A stretch of 64,000 nt of DNA from Armatimonadota bacterium (GTDB lineage Bacteria; Armatimonadota; UBA5829; DTJY01), in NCBI GenBank assembly GCA_023511795.1, contig JAIMAU010000006.1:13159-77158 (forward strand). Reading direction: 5' to 3'. Positions within the stretch are counted from its first letter, which is position 1, and the number at the start of each line of letters is the position of its first letter. Below are positions 29,117-39,368 of this stretch, piece after piece. The position numbers and the translations under genes were made by a program. The notes below the pieces were generated by a model that saw only the letters and a program-made list of their open reading frames with translations, made no database searches and was not told where the DNA came from.

Positions 29117-31300
29117 TTACTCTACTACAACGACTTCATAGGTACCTATTTCCGGAATTGTAAATTCGATACCCACGTCTGTGCGATTAAAATTCAGATT
29201 CTGTTGGGCCCAGAGCGTATAGACGCGGCTTACATTTTCTGTTTTTAAGGCTATTCGAATATTGCGAATGGGAATAATCCCCGACATCGGTCTTTGCATA
29301 TCTCCCGTGTTGTTGACGAGATGAATGATCGTCCGAGTTGGACTCGACTGTCGTCGGAGCTCGACCTCAACAGACGCAGGACATCCAACGAATATTGGAA
29401 GGTTGCCACCACATGCCCATCTAACAGCATTGCCTATAAGGGCCTGATATTCCCACATTCGATATCTTGCATAGAACTCGCCGACCAAGGCTGGGAAATA
29501 AACCACGCGCCCTTTTCCAACCCGGTTAGCGATAATCGCGGGATATGGTGACTCGCCAGTTAGACCCGAATACAACCTCCCAGTAGGGTTCATGAAGATA
29601 ACAGGTACCTCCGCTGAGTCCACCTTTTTAATCTTGACACTAAACTGTGGGCGCGCGATAAGCTGACCCAGATTGAACTGTTCAGTAATTGGATGTTTAG
29701 CTTTGATTTTAACATACTCTTCAGCAACCGAAGGAGTCATCACTTCAAGTATATCCAATGCACCGTAAATTTCGCCCAGCGGATTTTTTTTGCGCCGATT
29801 GCCTCTTTCATCATACCTCCCTGTCTCAAATTCGGCGATGAGGCCGCCGCCCTCTTCAACAAACTGCTTCAGCGCCTCAACCTGCATATCCGATAGACAG
29901 GCGGCATTCCCAAGAATTATTACCTTGTATTTTGCAAGCCCTTCATGAGTCAGGTCGGAGTCAAGTATAACATCAAATGGGATGTGCTCGCGAACCAGGG
30001 AAGTAAAATAACCAAGGTATGTGTTACCGTGGAGCTCGTCGCAGATTTGCTTTCGCTTTTTCCAATCAACAATGCGTTTGCCGCTTCCCAGGTCTGCAAT
30101 TAAATCTTGCTCCCGGCCGCTTCCCTGTTCGCCGTATAGTTCTTCTAATTCCGATAGATAAAAAGTCGCACCTTGCCTAGAGAAGTACAAAGCTACCTCA
30201 GCGGCTGATGTGCTTCCGCAATAATACTCTTCGTTCTTTTCAAGGAAACTTTGAATCTTCTTAATCGGGGTAACTGCTAGATGGCGGCTGTGGTCGAGAG
30301 CATAATCGAAAACCGCAAACCAAGGATTTGCCCCGCATGCCACTGTTTGTGCGATTGCAAGCTCTGCTTCAATAGGAGGCAACGGAACATAATGCCACGA
30401 ACCTAGCGCATGGTGGCTGAAAACAACTGCTGGTTTCTTTCCCGCAACCAAGTGCTTTGCCGCCGTTGACCAGAAATGCAGGATGTGGTTCCTAGGCCCT
30501 GGGTGAAAAAACACCTCAGCGCCGTTGAAGTCTTCGTATGGGCCAACCTTCTCAATATCGCGTGCTACTCTCCACGCACCAGCATGCCAACTGCCTGCAT
30601 TAAGGAAAATCACCCCTTCAGAATTCACCGACTTCACAGCAGCCCGGCAATCTGCAAGAAACTGTGCTAGCGAATCCTCTCGGAACTCTATAAAGTCTTT
30701 CCAGATTGGGTTACTCCAATCCTCGGCTGGCGGAATTTCTCTTCCATAGCGCTCCGCAAACAGCAAGCGGCAAGAGTCGCAGTAACAGCAATCAGGATAA
30801 ACTACAGGTCCGTCGAGAAATACTCCATCAATGCCGGTTTTCATGCACTCTACAATCAGTTCTTGTGCCCAGTGCCGCCAGCCGCTGTTCACGCAAAAGG
30901 TCGTTCCATTCCCATAAAGCGGACGCACCCTGCCATAAGGCGTGCCATCAGCCAAGATTTGTTCCCATCCTGGGTGTCGGTCGGCAAACTCATAGGAGAA
31001 CCAGTGCATGTTAAGGTAAGCAATCACATGAATGCCATATTTATGTGCATAGGGGAGGTACTCACGGATAAGGTCAAAGTCACCAAGTGCTGAATACTTC
31101 TCGAATTTTTGGGTATTAAATGTCGTCATATATCCGAGACCTGGTGCAATGCCCGGCGTGCCTATAACCCACTCGCAATTGATATGCCAATCATCGCGTT
31201 TACTCCTAGCTAGAGCATCAAGATCAATGTCTTTCATTCGCTCAAGCTTGTCAACATAGTCTAGCCTCATCATCCTAACCGGACGCTGCCACCAATGCAT
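29117..31300 (-). CDS. GH42/GHL6-like putative glycoside hydrolase with Cys cluster and beta-gal-trimerisation-like domain
   Basis: Start moved to ATG (GGGAGGAG SD; MHWWQRP...). TIM-barrel-like N-terminus, CCYCDSC motif, KVIILGNAACLSDMQVEALKQFVEEGGGLIAEF (class I GATase-like trimerisation domain). Confidence 0.6.
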   Translation of the reverse strand: MHWWQRPVRMMRLDYVDKLERMKDIDLDALARSKRDDWHINCEWVIGTPGIAPGLGYMTTFNTQKFEKYSALGDFDLIREYLPYAHKYGIHVIAYLNMHWFSYEFADRHPGWEQILADGTPYGRVRPLYGNGTTFCVNSGWRHWAQELIVECMKTGIDGVFLDGPVVYPDCCYCDSCRLLFAERYGREIPPAEDWSNPIWKDFIEFREDSLAQFLADCRAAVKSVNSEGVIFLNAGSWHAGAWRVARDIEKVGPYEDFNGAEVFFHPGPRNHILHFWSTAAKHLVAGKKPAVVFSHHALGSWHYVPLPPIEAELAIAQTVACGANPWFAVFDYALDHSRHLAVTPIKKIQSFLEKNEEYYCGSTSAAEVALYFSRQGATFYLSELEELYGEQGSGREQDLIADLGSGKRIVDWKKRKQICDELHGNTYLGYFTSLVREHIPFDVILDSDLTHEGLAKYKVIILGNAACLSDMQVEALKQFVEEGGGLIAEFETGRYDERGNRRKKNPLGEIYGALDILEVMTPSVAEEYVKIKAKHPITEQFNLGQLIARPQFSVKIKKVDSAEVPVIFMNPTGRLYSGLTGESPYPAIIANRVGKGRVVYFPALVGEFYARYRMWEYQALIGNAVRWACGGNLPIFVGCPASVEVELRRQSSPTRTIIHLVNNTGDMQRPMSGIIPIRNIRIALKTENVSRVYTLWAQQNLNFNRTDVGIEFTIPEIGTYEVVVVE

Positions 31301-31435
31301 TTGTTCTCCTCCCAATATAATAAGCAGAATGGGAGAAAGTGATAACTATCACAGACTCCCTACTCCCCCATTCCCACTTCATCCCTAGCTATCGAACAAT
31401 AGTCTCTAAATTGCTTTTGCTAGCCAATGTCAAAG

Positions 31436-33718
31436 TCATGAGCGTTTTTCGGTTTTTATTCTTATAATTGCCCAGGTTGGTTTGATTTTATCGATTCTAA
31501 TAACTGAATTGCCGCTTGGAGAAGCCACGTCCATCTTAACTGGAGTAATGGTGCCGTCGGACTGCATTATTTCAGCTGAGACGGGAAAGTAGCCTCTGTC
31601 AGCGTACAACCTTATCTCAAAATTAGACTCGCCGTCTGGGGTGAGAATGTGAAGATATCTCGTAAGGCCATCCTCCGATTTGAACACATTTAAACTCGAC
31701 GCAGGCGACATGCCGACTGGCATAATTAGCTGACTTGTGCCAGAGATGTAGGTTGCAAAATTAACAAATAGCTGGTTCATTTGACCTGTGAAGCCTTTCG
31801 CCTCACTTGAGTTAATATAGCCAATTCTCCCGCGCCCAATTCGCTTCTCCAAAACGCAAGCTCGCCTTCCTGAATCCGTCACCTCTTCAGCCATCACCGA
31901 CCATGTATCATCATATCGCGGTTTGTAGCTTGCTGCATCATGTTTATCGGGACTTATTCGGAAACTACCAAAACTCCCCGTCCCTTCTACAGCCATGAAC
32001 ACTGGATGCCTTTCCTTTTTTATCACAAACCCCGAAGGTTCAGGACCACCCTCGGTAGATATTCCAAAGATTTGGTAGGCATCATCGGCGATGGACGTAC
32101 CGTCCAGTTTCTTCTCTGATCCTATGCTTCCCATTAGAAGCAATCCATTTCCTGCCTCGACGTATGCGCGAAGGGTTTCTAAGTCTTCCCTAGTTACATG
32201 GTCAAGTCCCGGAACGATTAAGGCACGATATCGCTTTAGCTCGTCTAGGTTGAGCTTCCGTGATGGCGATCCAGGTTCGGCAGGATCACCAACGGAAATA
32301 AGTTCAACTGGATTCTTCTTCCAGCACTGAAGCAGAGAGTAGACGCCGCCTACCGACCGGAAGCGTTTCCAATAGTCGCCGTTCCAGAAGCTTGCGCCCC
32401 TGTCATAAATTATGCAAGTTCGAGCATCTGGCTTCATGTCAGCAATCCATCTTCCATGTTCACCAGATGTCAAACCTTTTAGATAGCTAATAAACTTGGA
32501 ATCAGCCCACGCAGTCTTACTAACAGTACCTTTCTCTATGGCAGTGCCCAGATACCCAAAGAAGCAGAAGCCTTTTGCACCGCCGCCTATGCCTGATTCA
32601 ATCTGCGCAATCTCTAGGTCAGTTGGGCCCATAAGCCCAGCAGCTTCGTCGGTAAACCAATATCGGCTGATTGGAATAACAGGTTTGCCGCCGCCGTCCG
32701 CAAGCATTGTCTTGACCATGAACTCGTTATACCCATACCTGTTCATGTTCCAGCTAATCTCTTGCTTGGCAAGCTCGCGCTCGTCAAAAGGCGGCTGTCC
32801 AGCCTTCTTGCGCTTAAGATTCTCGGTGACAGCATACATCCGCGGAGTATTGACCGGTTCGGGCGTGAGCATGGTAACGTTTTCCGCAGCAGCGCTCGTC
32901 GAAAGGCCATCCTTATAAGAATTGTAACCACCGCTAACATTTAGGAGGGCAATCGCTCCAGGTTTAGCTTCATCAACTACTTTGCGGTATTTCTGGTAGA
33001 ACTCATTTAGCCACTCAACACGCTTAGTGGCATACAATTTTACTACCGCGTCGTTCCAATTCTCTTTGTCGACAGGCTTCATCGGAAGCCTTTTCCCAGT
33101 CTCCTTCTGGAACCTATCCTGGCAGTTGGAACAGAAACATGTATCCGAGTTAGGAAACACCACCTGGCATGTATCGAAGTAAAACCCATCTACCGCATAG
33201 TTTGCTCCAATCTCGCGAATCATGGGGAAGAAAACCTTGTCCCAATATGGCGAATTCACGCAAAAGTTTTTAAACTTACCGCCCCAAAGAACATCATTCC
33301 CCTTGCTATCCTTCATTCGCCAATTTGGATTCTTATCCCACAAAATATCATTGCTGCCATGGAACTTGATTATTACGCTCATATTTCGCTTTTTTGCTTG
33401 CACAATAACGTAATTGAGGTAGTCATCATTCGCCCACTGGCCAGTCTTGAATTTTTGAGCAGTTGGCAAGGCGGTCAGGGTGGTCTTCTTATAATTCACC
33501 GTGCCCTGGGTATACATTTCGACCTGCACCCAAATGCCGTTAATGCCGTGAGCCTTTAGGTTATCAAGATAGGAATCTATTTTTGCTTTATCAGCAAATG
33601 CGGCAAAAGTAGTATCAGCTTCCCAAAGGAACGGCCCCTTACTAGTGTCAGCCGCCTGGGCAACACCTACAAATATAAAGGCCAAAAGCGCAATCACACA
33701 AAAATATCTACAAGCCAT
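31436..33718 (-). CDS. secreted paralogue of the GH42/GHL6-like protein
   Basis: 760 aa; signal peptide MACRYFCVIALLAFIFVGVAQA; DTCFCSNC motif; YRALIVPGLDHVTREDLETLRAYVEAGNGLLLMG trimerisation-like domain. Confidence 0.6.
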   Translation of the reverse strand: MACRYFCVIALLAFIFVGVAQAADTSKGPFLWEADTTFAAFADKAKIDSYLDNLKAHGINGIWVQVEMYTQGTVNYKKTTLTALPTAQKFKTGQWANDDYLNYVIVQAKKRNMSVIIKFHGSNDILWDKNPNWRMKDSKGNDVLWGGKFKNFCVNSPYWDKVFFPMIREIGANYAVDGFYFDTCQVVFPNSDTCFCSNCQDRFQKETGKRLPMKPVDKENWNDAVVKLYATKRVEWLNEFYQKYRKVVDEAKPGAIALLNVSGGYNSYKDGLSTSAAAENVTMLTPEPVNTPRMYAVTENLKRKKAGQPPFDERELAKQEISWNMNRYGYNEFMVKTMLADGGGKPVIPISRYWFTDEAAGLMGPTDLEIAQIESGIGGGAKGFCFFGYLGTAIEKGTVSKTAWADSKFISYLKGLTSGEHGRWIADMKPDARTCIIYDRGASFWNGDYWKRFRSVGGVYSLLQCWKKNPVELISVGDPAEPGSPSRKLNLDELKRYRALIVPGLDHVTREDLETLRAYVEAGNGLLLMGSIGSEKKLDGTSIADDAYQIFGISTEGGPEPSGFVIKKERHPVFMAVEGTGSFGSFRISPDKHDAASYKPRYDDTWSVMAEEVTDSGRRACVLEKRIGRGRIGYINSSEAKGFTGQMNQLFVNFATYISGTSQLIMPVGMSPASSLNVFKSEDGLTRYLHILTPDGESNFEIRLYADRGYFPVSAEIMQSDGTITPVKMDVASPSGNSVIRIDKIKPTWAIIRIKTEKRS

Positions 33719-33746
33719 TTGGTGGAACCTCCAATTAAAATATTGT

Positions 33747-34655
33747 TTATGCTTGAGGCATGATGCCTGCTCTCTTCATAATTGAGCGTATCTTCTCCAT
33801 TGCCGCAGGAGATGCCGCTGGCGTTGGACGCATAGTCGCCGGCCCACAAATTCCGAGAAGAGATACAGCCGCTTTCATTCCACCTATCGTTGATTCGGCA
33901 GCCCAGAATAGGTCCCATAACTCAGTCATAATTGTCTGAAGCCTTGCTGCTTCTTTTGCTAGTCCGGCAGATGCCGCTTCGTATATATCTACGCACAGTC
34001 TAGGCGCAACGTTTCCCAGGCCCAGAACACCACCATGACCTCCCATTAGCACACTAGCCGCCAATTGGGGCTCACTACCTTGGAAGATGGGAAACTTCCG
34101 TTCCTTCAGCTTTATGATTACCTGCTGGAAGTGATTGAAATCACAAGTGCTATCCTTAAGAGCGAATACAGTCCCATCTTCAGCAAGACTTGCAATCGTT
34201 TCTGCTTTGATGAAGCCCTTGACTGCTTGCGGGACGTTGTACATTGCTAGCGGCATGTCTATATGTTCCCTGACATAACGGAAATGTGCCGCCATATCTT
34301 CCTGACGAACAGGTGTCGCATAGTATGGAAGCACAAGTACTGCAGCATCCGCACCAGCCTTCTTTGCATCCTTGCCGTTTCTAATTGCCAAATCAGTTGC
34401 TGCATCGCTAATTCCCGCAAAGACAGGTACGCGGCCAGCCACTTCGTCCACCACGAATTCGACGATGCGCCTACGCTGGTCTGGCGTGAATGCATAGAAT
34501 TCTCCACTAGATCCCATGACGAAGACGCCATGCACTCCGCTCTCAAGCACGAAGCGAATCAACCGCCGCATCCCGGCTTCGTCAAACTCAAGATCGTCAG
34601 TCAGAGGCGTTATAAGCGCAGGTATGACCCCCTTAAGGTTGCTCAAATCGTGCAA
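33747..34655 (-). CDS. dihydrodipicolinate synthase / N-acetylneuraminate lyase family aldolase
   Basis: 302 aa; GVFVMGSSGEFYAF, YNVP, Schiff-base Lys in FALKDS. Confidence 0.8.
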   Translation of the reverse strand: MHDLSNLKGVIPALITPLTDDLEFDEAGMRRLIRFVLESGVHGVFVMGSSGEFYAFTPDQRRRIVEFVVDEVAGRVPVFAGISDAATDLAIRNGKDAKKAGADAAVLVLPYYATPVRQEDMAAHFRYVREHIDMPLAMYNVPQAVKGFIKAETIASLAEDGTVFALKDSTCDFNHFQQVIIKLKERKFPIFQGSEPQLAASVLMGGHGGVLGLGNVAPRLCVDIYEAASAGLAKEAARLQTIMTELWDLFWAAESTIGGMKAAVSLLGICGPATMRPTPAASPAAMEKIRSIMKRAGIMPQA

Positions 34656-34756
34656 TAGCCTTACCTCCTGTCTTCGATTTTTGAAAAGTTAACCGTAAAT
34701 AAGAACCACTAGCTAATATTAAATCCTTTTCTCCCTTTTCAATATTTGCCAGCGGC

Positions 34757-35557
34757 TCAGGCTCCAAGGACGCGAGCAAATGCCTCTTTCACACTGTTCC
34801 CTGAGTAGGCAACTGTCAGAGGCCCAACTTTGCGAACGCCCTTCCTTTCCTTTATCCTTTCTACCATATCTGTGCGAAAGTATGTTACGATTACTTCAAT
34901 GGGTGGTTGAATTTTGAAGGGCTTGATTTCCTTTGCCTTACTAATGGCCGCCCTTGCTTTTTCTCGTATAAGGTCTCGAGCCGCTTCGATGGGCAATAAA
35001 ATTGCACTAGTGCGGCTGACTCCATATTTCACTACTGCGCACTCGATGCCTGGCGAGAGGTCGGCCGCCTCCGCGCAGGCTTTGTCGTCACCGCTCACCA
35101 TAACGAAAGGCACATCGTATTCCCCAGCAATTGCCGCACAAAGGCCTATTTCGCCCATCGGTTTGCCATTGATTGTCATCTCGACCCATCCCTCTGATGA
35201 CATAGTATGCTCAAGAACGGCGCCGGGAGTTCCGGACATTGCATGAGCACCAATGTGAAAAAGCGCATCGTAGGAACTATCTAATGCTTGAAGATACTCA
35301 GTCCAGGGCGTGCCTTGAATATACCTCGCACCACGGGTCAGCTTCTCATAAACGAAATTACGTCCTCCACGCGCCCCATGACCATCAATCACCAAGATAT
35401 CGGTTGCACCCCCCTCAATGGCGCCCTCGACTGCGGCATTCACTTCCTGGGTAAGCCACTCACAAGCCTTGGGGTAATCAGGCTGATTTGAAAAAGTCTG
35501 CTCCTTGCTAATCACTCCGGCAACGCCTTCAAGGTCGGTGACAATATAGACCTTCAT
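34757..35557 (-). CDS. M55 family D-aminopeptidase (DppA-like)
   Basis: 266 aa; MKVYIVTDLEGVAGV signature N-terminus. Confidence 0.75.
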   Translation of the reverse strand: MKVYIVTDLEGVAGVISKEQTFSNQPDYPKACEWLTQEVNAAVEGAIEGGATDILVIDGHGARGGRNFVYEKLTRGARYIQGTPWTEYLQALDSSYDALFHIGAHAMSGTPGAVLEHTMSSEGWVEMTINGKPMGEIGLCAAIAGEYDVPFVMVSGDDKACAEAADLSPGIECAVVKYGVSRTSAILLPIEAARDLIREKARAAISKAKEIKPFKIQPPIEVIVTYFRTDMVERIKERKGVRKVGPLTVAYSGNSVKEAFARVLGA

Positions 35558-35596
35558 TCATTCCTCCTTGCCTTCATAGCTCAGCGGTTCGCTATG

Positions 35597-36697
35597 CTAA
35601 ATTCTAATCGGATATCTTCCCACTTCCTTTGCGTACTTCACCGCCTGCACCAAGGTATTAGGATTAACTCCTACGTAAGTCTCGCCGCCAACCGCCAGGA
35701 TAAATCCACCTCCGGGCGCACCAATGCGTATCGCGCGGTCAATAGCTGGCTTTGCAGTCTCCAAATCATAATACAAATCCCGACAATTTAGCCCACCCGA
35801 GAAAACTGTCTTTCCATGTAATGCCGGTTTGGCTTTTGCTATATCGCTGAAGCCACCGATATCCATGCTAGTAAGCTTCATGTCATTCGCATACATCTCG
35901 AAATGGTGGTCATTTGGGCCGTCAGCATGAAGATGCCGACCCTTCTTGCCATATCGTTCATAGATTGCCATATTGTATGGAAAGACAAATTCTCGGTACA
36001 TTGCATTTGAGATGAATGCAGAATGATCATCGGCTAGACCAATGCTCTCCGTTCTCCGACCAGCAAGTTTGTCGCGATAGTCCTGAAGTCGGCAGAATGC
36101 TTCTAGGAGCTTTGCAAAGAAACGGTGAATTAAGTCGGGGGCTTCATACATTAGTGAGAATATAAGCTCTGGCTCGGCTAGGGCACATGCACAGCTCAAT
36201 GGTGGATGGATTCCGATAGCTCCCCCTGCTGGCAATCTGATTCCACGTTTTTCGACCAACTCCTTAAATTTTTCAATTCGGCGATAGGCTTCCTGAATCC
36301 CTGGACTCTCGGCCGGATCTGGTACCTCAAATGCCTCAATTTGCTCTGGCTTCTCAATCGTCTTCACAACCCACGGGGATGTGTCGTCCGGATACTCGAT
36401 TGGAAAGCCAAAATAAAGCCCTTCGCCAATTGGTCCAAAATCCAGATGGAGCCCATAGCTGACTCTATCGTCTTGCAGCTCATCAAATGCCCATTCCAAA
36501 CCCCTGAGCTGTACTTCCAAGCAGACTTCTAGGTCGGTGTAGTAGTCGCGGATATTATAGCCAAAAAGCTTCGCATAGAAGCTGCCGCCTGTGCCTATTT
36601 GAATTGGCACGCGGTCTGGCTCTTCAAATCTTCTTATTATTTCCAGCCGCTTTTTAGATTCCTCGATGCGGTCTATATAGCTATCAGGATTAAACAT
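35597..36697 (-). CDS. uroporphyrinogen decarboxylase (URO-D)/MtaA-like family protein, paralogue 1
   Basis: 366 aa; URO-D-like TIM barrel length and composition; no heme-pathway context. Confidence 0.7.
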   Translation of the reverse strand: MFNPDSYIDRIEESKKRLEIIRRFEEPDRVPIQIGTGGSFYAKLFGYNIRDYYTDLEVCLEVQLRGLEWAFDELQDDRVSYGLHLDFGPIGEGLYFGFPIEYPDDTSPWVVKTIEKPEQIEAFEVPDPAESPGIQEAYRRIEKFKELVEKRGIRLPAGGAIGIHPPLSCACALAEPELIFSLMYEAPDLIHRFFAKLLEAFCRLQDYRDKLAGRRTESIGLADDHSAFISNAMYREFVFPYNMAIYERYGKKGRHLHADGPNDHHFEMYANDMKLTSMDIGGFSDIAKAKPALHGKTVFSGGLNCRDLYYDLETAKPAIDRAIRIGAPGGGFILAVGGETYVGVNPNTLVQAVKYAKEVGRYPIRI

Positions 36698-36706
36698 TGA
36701 GACTGC

Positions 36707-37219
36707 TCACAGCTTCTCGCCAAAGCCGATAACTCGCGCATTGCTGGCTTCGCGCAACACCGCTGCAAGAGACATCATTGCATCTTTCGGAAACAGATAC
36801 AGATAGTATATTGGACGATCTTCAGAAACCAGCACTGCTCGATTTCTCTTTCCTCTGAGAAGGCGTATTTCTGCCCACTTGATGCTCTCCTTCGAGCCAA
36901 GGATTGTTACCAACTGCAGGCCAAAATCGGTGACAGCAAAACTTATAGCTATGCGAGTGTAAAGCCAAATGACTATAGCTAAAATTGCTATAACAAAGAT
37001 TCCAAATGCCAAATTGAAGGGGCTGTGCGAACGGACAAGAAGGTCGACAAGTAGGTACAAATCCGCAAGGGCAGCAATTAGCAATGTCAGCCTAAGACTT
37101 AAAACAATTCTAGGTTCAAGCTCACATGAGGTAATATTGGAACCCCCGGATATGTCGCCCCCAGCTCTCTCCACGATATGCCTCCTGCTAATCGCGCACT
37201 CCTGAATCAGCAGAACCAT
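36707..37219 (-). CDS. membrane protein with bacterial PH-like domain
   Basis: 170 aa; two TM helices then a beta-rich about 80 aa region. Confidence 0.45.
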   Translation of the reverse strand: MVLLIQECAISRRHIVERAGGDISGGSNITSCELEPRIVLSLRLTLLIAALADLYLLVDLLVRSHSPFNLAFGIFVIAILAIVIWLYTRIAISFAVTDFGLQLVTILGSKESIKWAEIRLLRGKRNRAVLVSEDRPIYYLYLFPKDAMMSLAAVLREASNARVIGFGEKL

Positions 37220-37332
37220 TATAGAATTGTGTTAAAAGGAGGTCAAGCAGTACTATGTGCAGGGAAATATATGATAGGTGCCGAATTAGATTATACTAGA
37301 GAACTTGAGGATGGCAAGGAGCTGCATGCGCA

Positions 37333-38115
37333 TTGTTGTGGGTACTATTTGCAGAAATCGGCTTGCTTATATTGTTGGGAATACCAGCTGTTCTTGTATA
37401 TAAGCGCTGGGTACGATGGGTTGACCGCTTATCACCTTATCAGCGACCATTTGAGCATTCGCGCCGATTCGGCGTAAGAAGTTGGGCAGCAAGAGCATTC
37501 GTTGTCACCTCATCACCTATCGCAGTCAAAGAACGCATTAATGCTTTGGGCGAAATTACACTGGAAAATTTATTAAAGCGTGAAGAGGACAAATCTAGTC
37601 TTCTCTCTATGGCGACAATGTTTGGAAAAAGCAGCTTTCCAACAGGGATTCAAGTCGAATGGCTAGACCAAGAAACCGCCGACCTTCGAGCTAGAATGTA
37701 TGCCGATTGGCCAGAAAACCTGGAGGATTCAGTAAGACTTCCTTTAAGGCAGAGGCAGATGCTTGCAGAACATGCAGTAATCTATATAAAGCCGGAAGAC
37801 GATAGATGCACTAAAATTGAGTATGAAATTGAGAAGCCGATGTGGGTCTATATTTTGTCGGGAGCTTTGATACTGCTCGCGCTGTGGACCGCATGGGGTG
37901 CGTCGAATTTGGTACGGATTCTAACACCCTCCCATCTTCAAAGTGCTCTTCTACCTTGGCTCTATGTGAATACAGCAGTCTTCGGGGCTGCGCTTGCATG
38001 CGTGATTGGAACAATTTTACCAATACTCAAACTACAAAGTATAAGCCTGTTTGATAACGTCATAGCAGGGTTTGGAGAAATCATAAGCCCACGCAATCAT
38101 CATTTCCAAAAATAA
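37333..38115 (+). CDS. hypothetical membrane protein
   Basis: 260 aa; TM helices at N- and C-termini. Confidence 0.5.
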   Translation: MLWVLFAEIGLLILLGIPAVLVYKRWVRWVDRLSPYQRPFEHSRRFGVRSWAARAFVVTSSPIAVKERINALGEITLENLLKREEDKSSLLSMATMFGKSSFPTGIQVEWLDQETADLRARMYADWPENLEDSVRLPLRQRQMLAEHAVIYIKPEDDRCTKIEYEIEKPMWVYILSGALILLALWTAWGASNLVRILTPSHLQSALLPWLYVNTAVFGAALACVIGTILPILKLQSISLFDNVIAGFGEIISPRNHHFQK

Positions 38116-38118
38116 AGT

Positions 38119-38140
38119 GGGAGCGGATAAAACCGCTCCC
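38119..38140 (-). terminator. rho-independent terminator (GGGAGCGG-uuuuau-CCGCUCCC then U-tract) for minus-strand gene 38177-39262; bidirectional position
   Basis: Perfect 8-bp GC stem; on minus strand followed by ACUUUAUUUUUGG. Confidence 0.6.
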
Positions 38141-38176
38141 GTGCGAACATTTCACCAAACCAGATTTTTAGCTACC

Positions 38177-39262
38177 TTATTGCGCCGGTGCTGTAGGCAA
38201 CGGTGGAGGTGTCTGCATCTCCCTCTCATCTTTGCTAAACGGCCAACCGCTCACATCCATCATCTTTTTCATATCTAAAGCGCGGTCAATTATGATGGTT
38301 TGCCATGGCAGCCCTTGAATTCTCCTGATGCGAAGCAGATCATCAACACTCTCTCCCGTCTCAGCAGCAATATTCGCCGCTATAGCTACACTTTGCCAAT
38401 CGTAGCCACGAACGCGGAGTTCATTCCACTTCTGCTGAGTTATGAGTGGTGCGTTATTTGCGCCTCTCTTATAGTAAAGCAGCGGTGCAACCGCACCAGA
38501 GGGCGCAGTAACAGAAGGCAGCTCCATTATGGCTCCTGCAACCTCTACCCTTGGTACGGGAGTGAGAAGCTCAGCAACTGTCATATTGCATGACTGTGCG
38601 ATGTCGCTCCAAGTTTTCCCAGACTCAAGCATTGAAGCCACATCAGCCACCTGTTTATTGCACCTAAAAGCCGCATTTGCCATAACGGCTATATCTGAAT
38701 AGCTCCAACCACGCATCCGTAAGTCATTCGCTGTGTCACTACTCAACCCAAATCTCTGAGTGATGATGTGGCTTAGGAACGCCTCATCCTCGGGAAGCAC
38801 TGCAACCCGCGAGAAATCAGCCGCTGAAACACGACTGCCAGGAAGGTTGCCTTGAGCGACTATAGTGGTCGGCATTGGATTGGAATCATCCGCTGGTTCA
38901 AGAGAAACCGCCAGCATATCAAATGGCATGGCGTCTGAAAAACGGACTAGCCTTGTTCTTACATTGAACCTCATTCCCGCGAAAGCCCCAAGGCTGAGTT
39001 TGTAGTTGGCATCATTATCAACAAACCATGCTTCATAAACCATGTTAGCGGGTGGGGCCTTATCCGTTCGGGCATTTACCTCAACATTGTAATATGGGCT
39101 AGTCCCCGAAACCTTGGCCGAAATTATCGTGGCCAAACCAGACACTCCCTGATCCCCTACGGGTTTCAGGTCCACATTGTACACATCGGCCGCCTGAGCC
39201 TGCAATCCCAGCACAAACACAGCGGCCAAGCTCAGCATTAGTACTAACCTTGCGCTTCTCAT
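38177..39262 (-). CDS. secreted protein with two tandem about 65-aa helical repeats
   Basis: 361 aa; signal peptide; repeats ITQRFGLSSDTANDLRMRGWSYSDIAVMANAA... and ITQQKWNELRVRGYDWQSVAIAANIAA...; Pro-rich C-terminus. Confidence 0.55.
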   Translation of the reverse strand: MRSARLVLMLSLAAVFVLGLQAQAADVYNVDLKPVGDQGVSGLATIISAKVSGTSPYYNVEVNARTDKAPPANMVYEAWFVDNDANYKLSLGAFAGMRFNVRTRLVRFSDAMPFDMLAVSLEPADDSNPMPTTIVAQGNLPGSRVSAADFSRVAVLPEDEAFLSHIITQRFGLSSDTANDLRMRGWSYSDIAVMANAAFRCNKQVADVASMLESGKTWSDIAQSCNMTVAELLTPVPRVEVAGAIMELPSVTAPSGAVAPLLYYKRGANNAPLITQQKWNELRVRGYDWQSVAIAANIAAETGESVDDLLRIRRIQGLPWQTIIIDRALDMKKMMDVSGWPFSKDEREMQTPPPLPTAPAQ

Positions 39263-39321
39263 GCTTTTCTTTCCCCTTTCCTCATGCTATTGGTTGTCTA
39301 TTTGCTACCACATAAAGCCCT

Positions 39322-39348
39322 GCGGCCGAGCCTAACCGGCTCGGCCGC
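39322..39348 (-). terminator. terminator hairpin after hsp20 (GCGGCCGAGCC-uaacc-GGCUCGGCCGC)
   Basis: Perfect 11-bp stem 20 nt after hsp20 stop; moderate U content downstream on minus strand (CUUUAU). Confidence 0.5.
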
Positions 39349-39368
39349 TCATAATTAGCACTTAGTTA

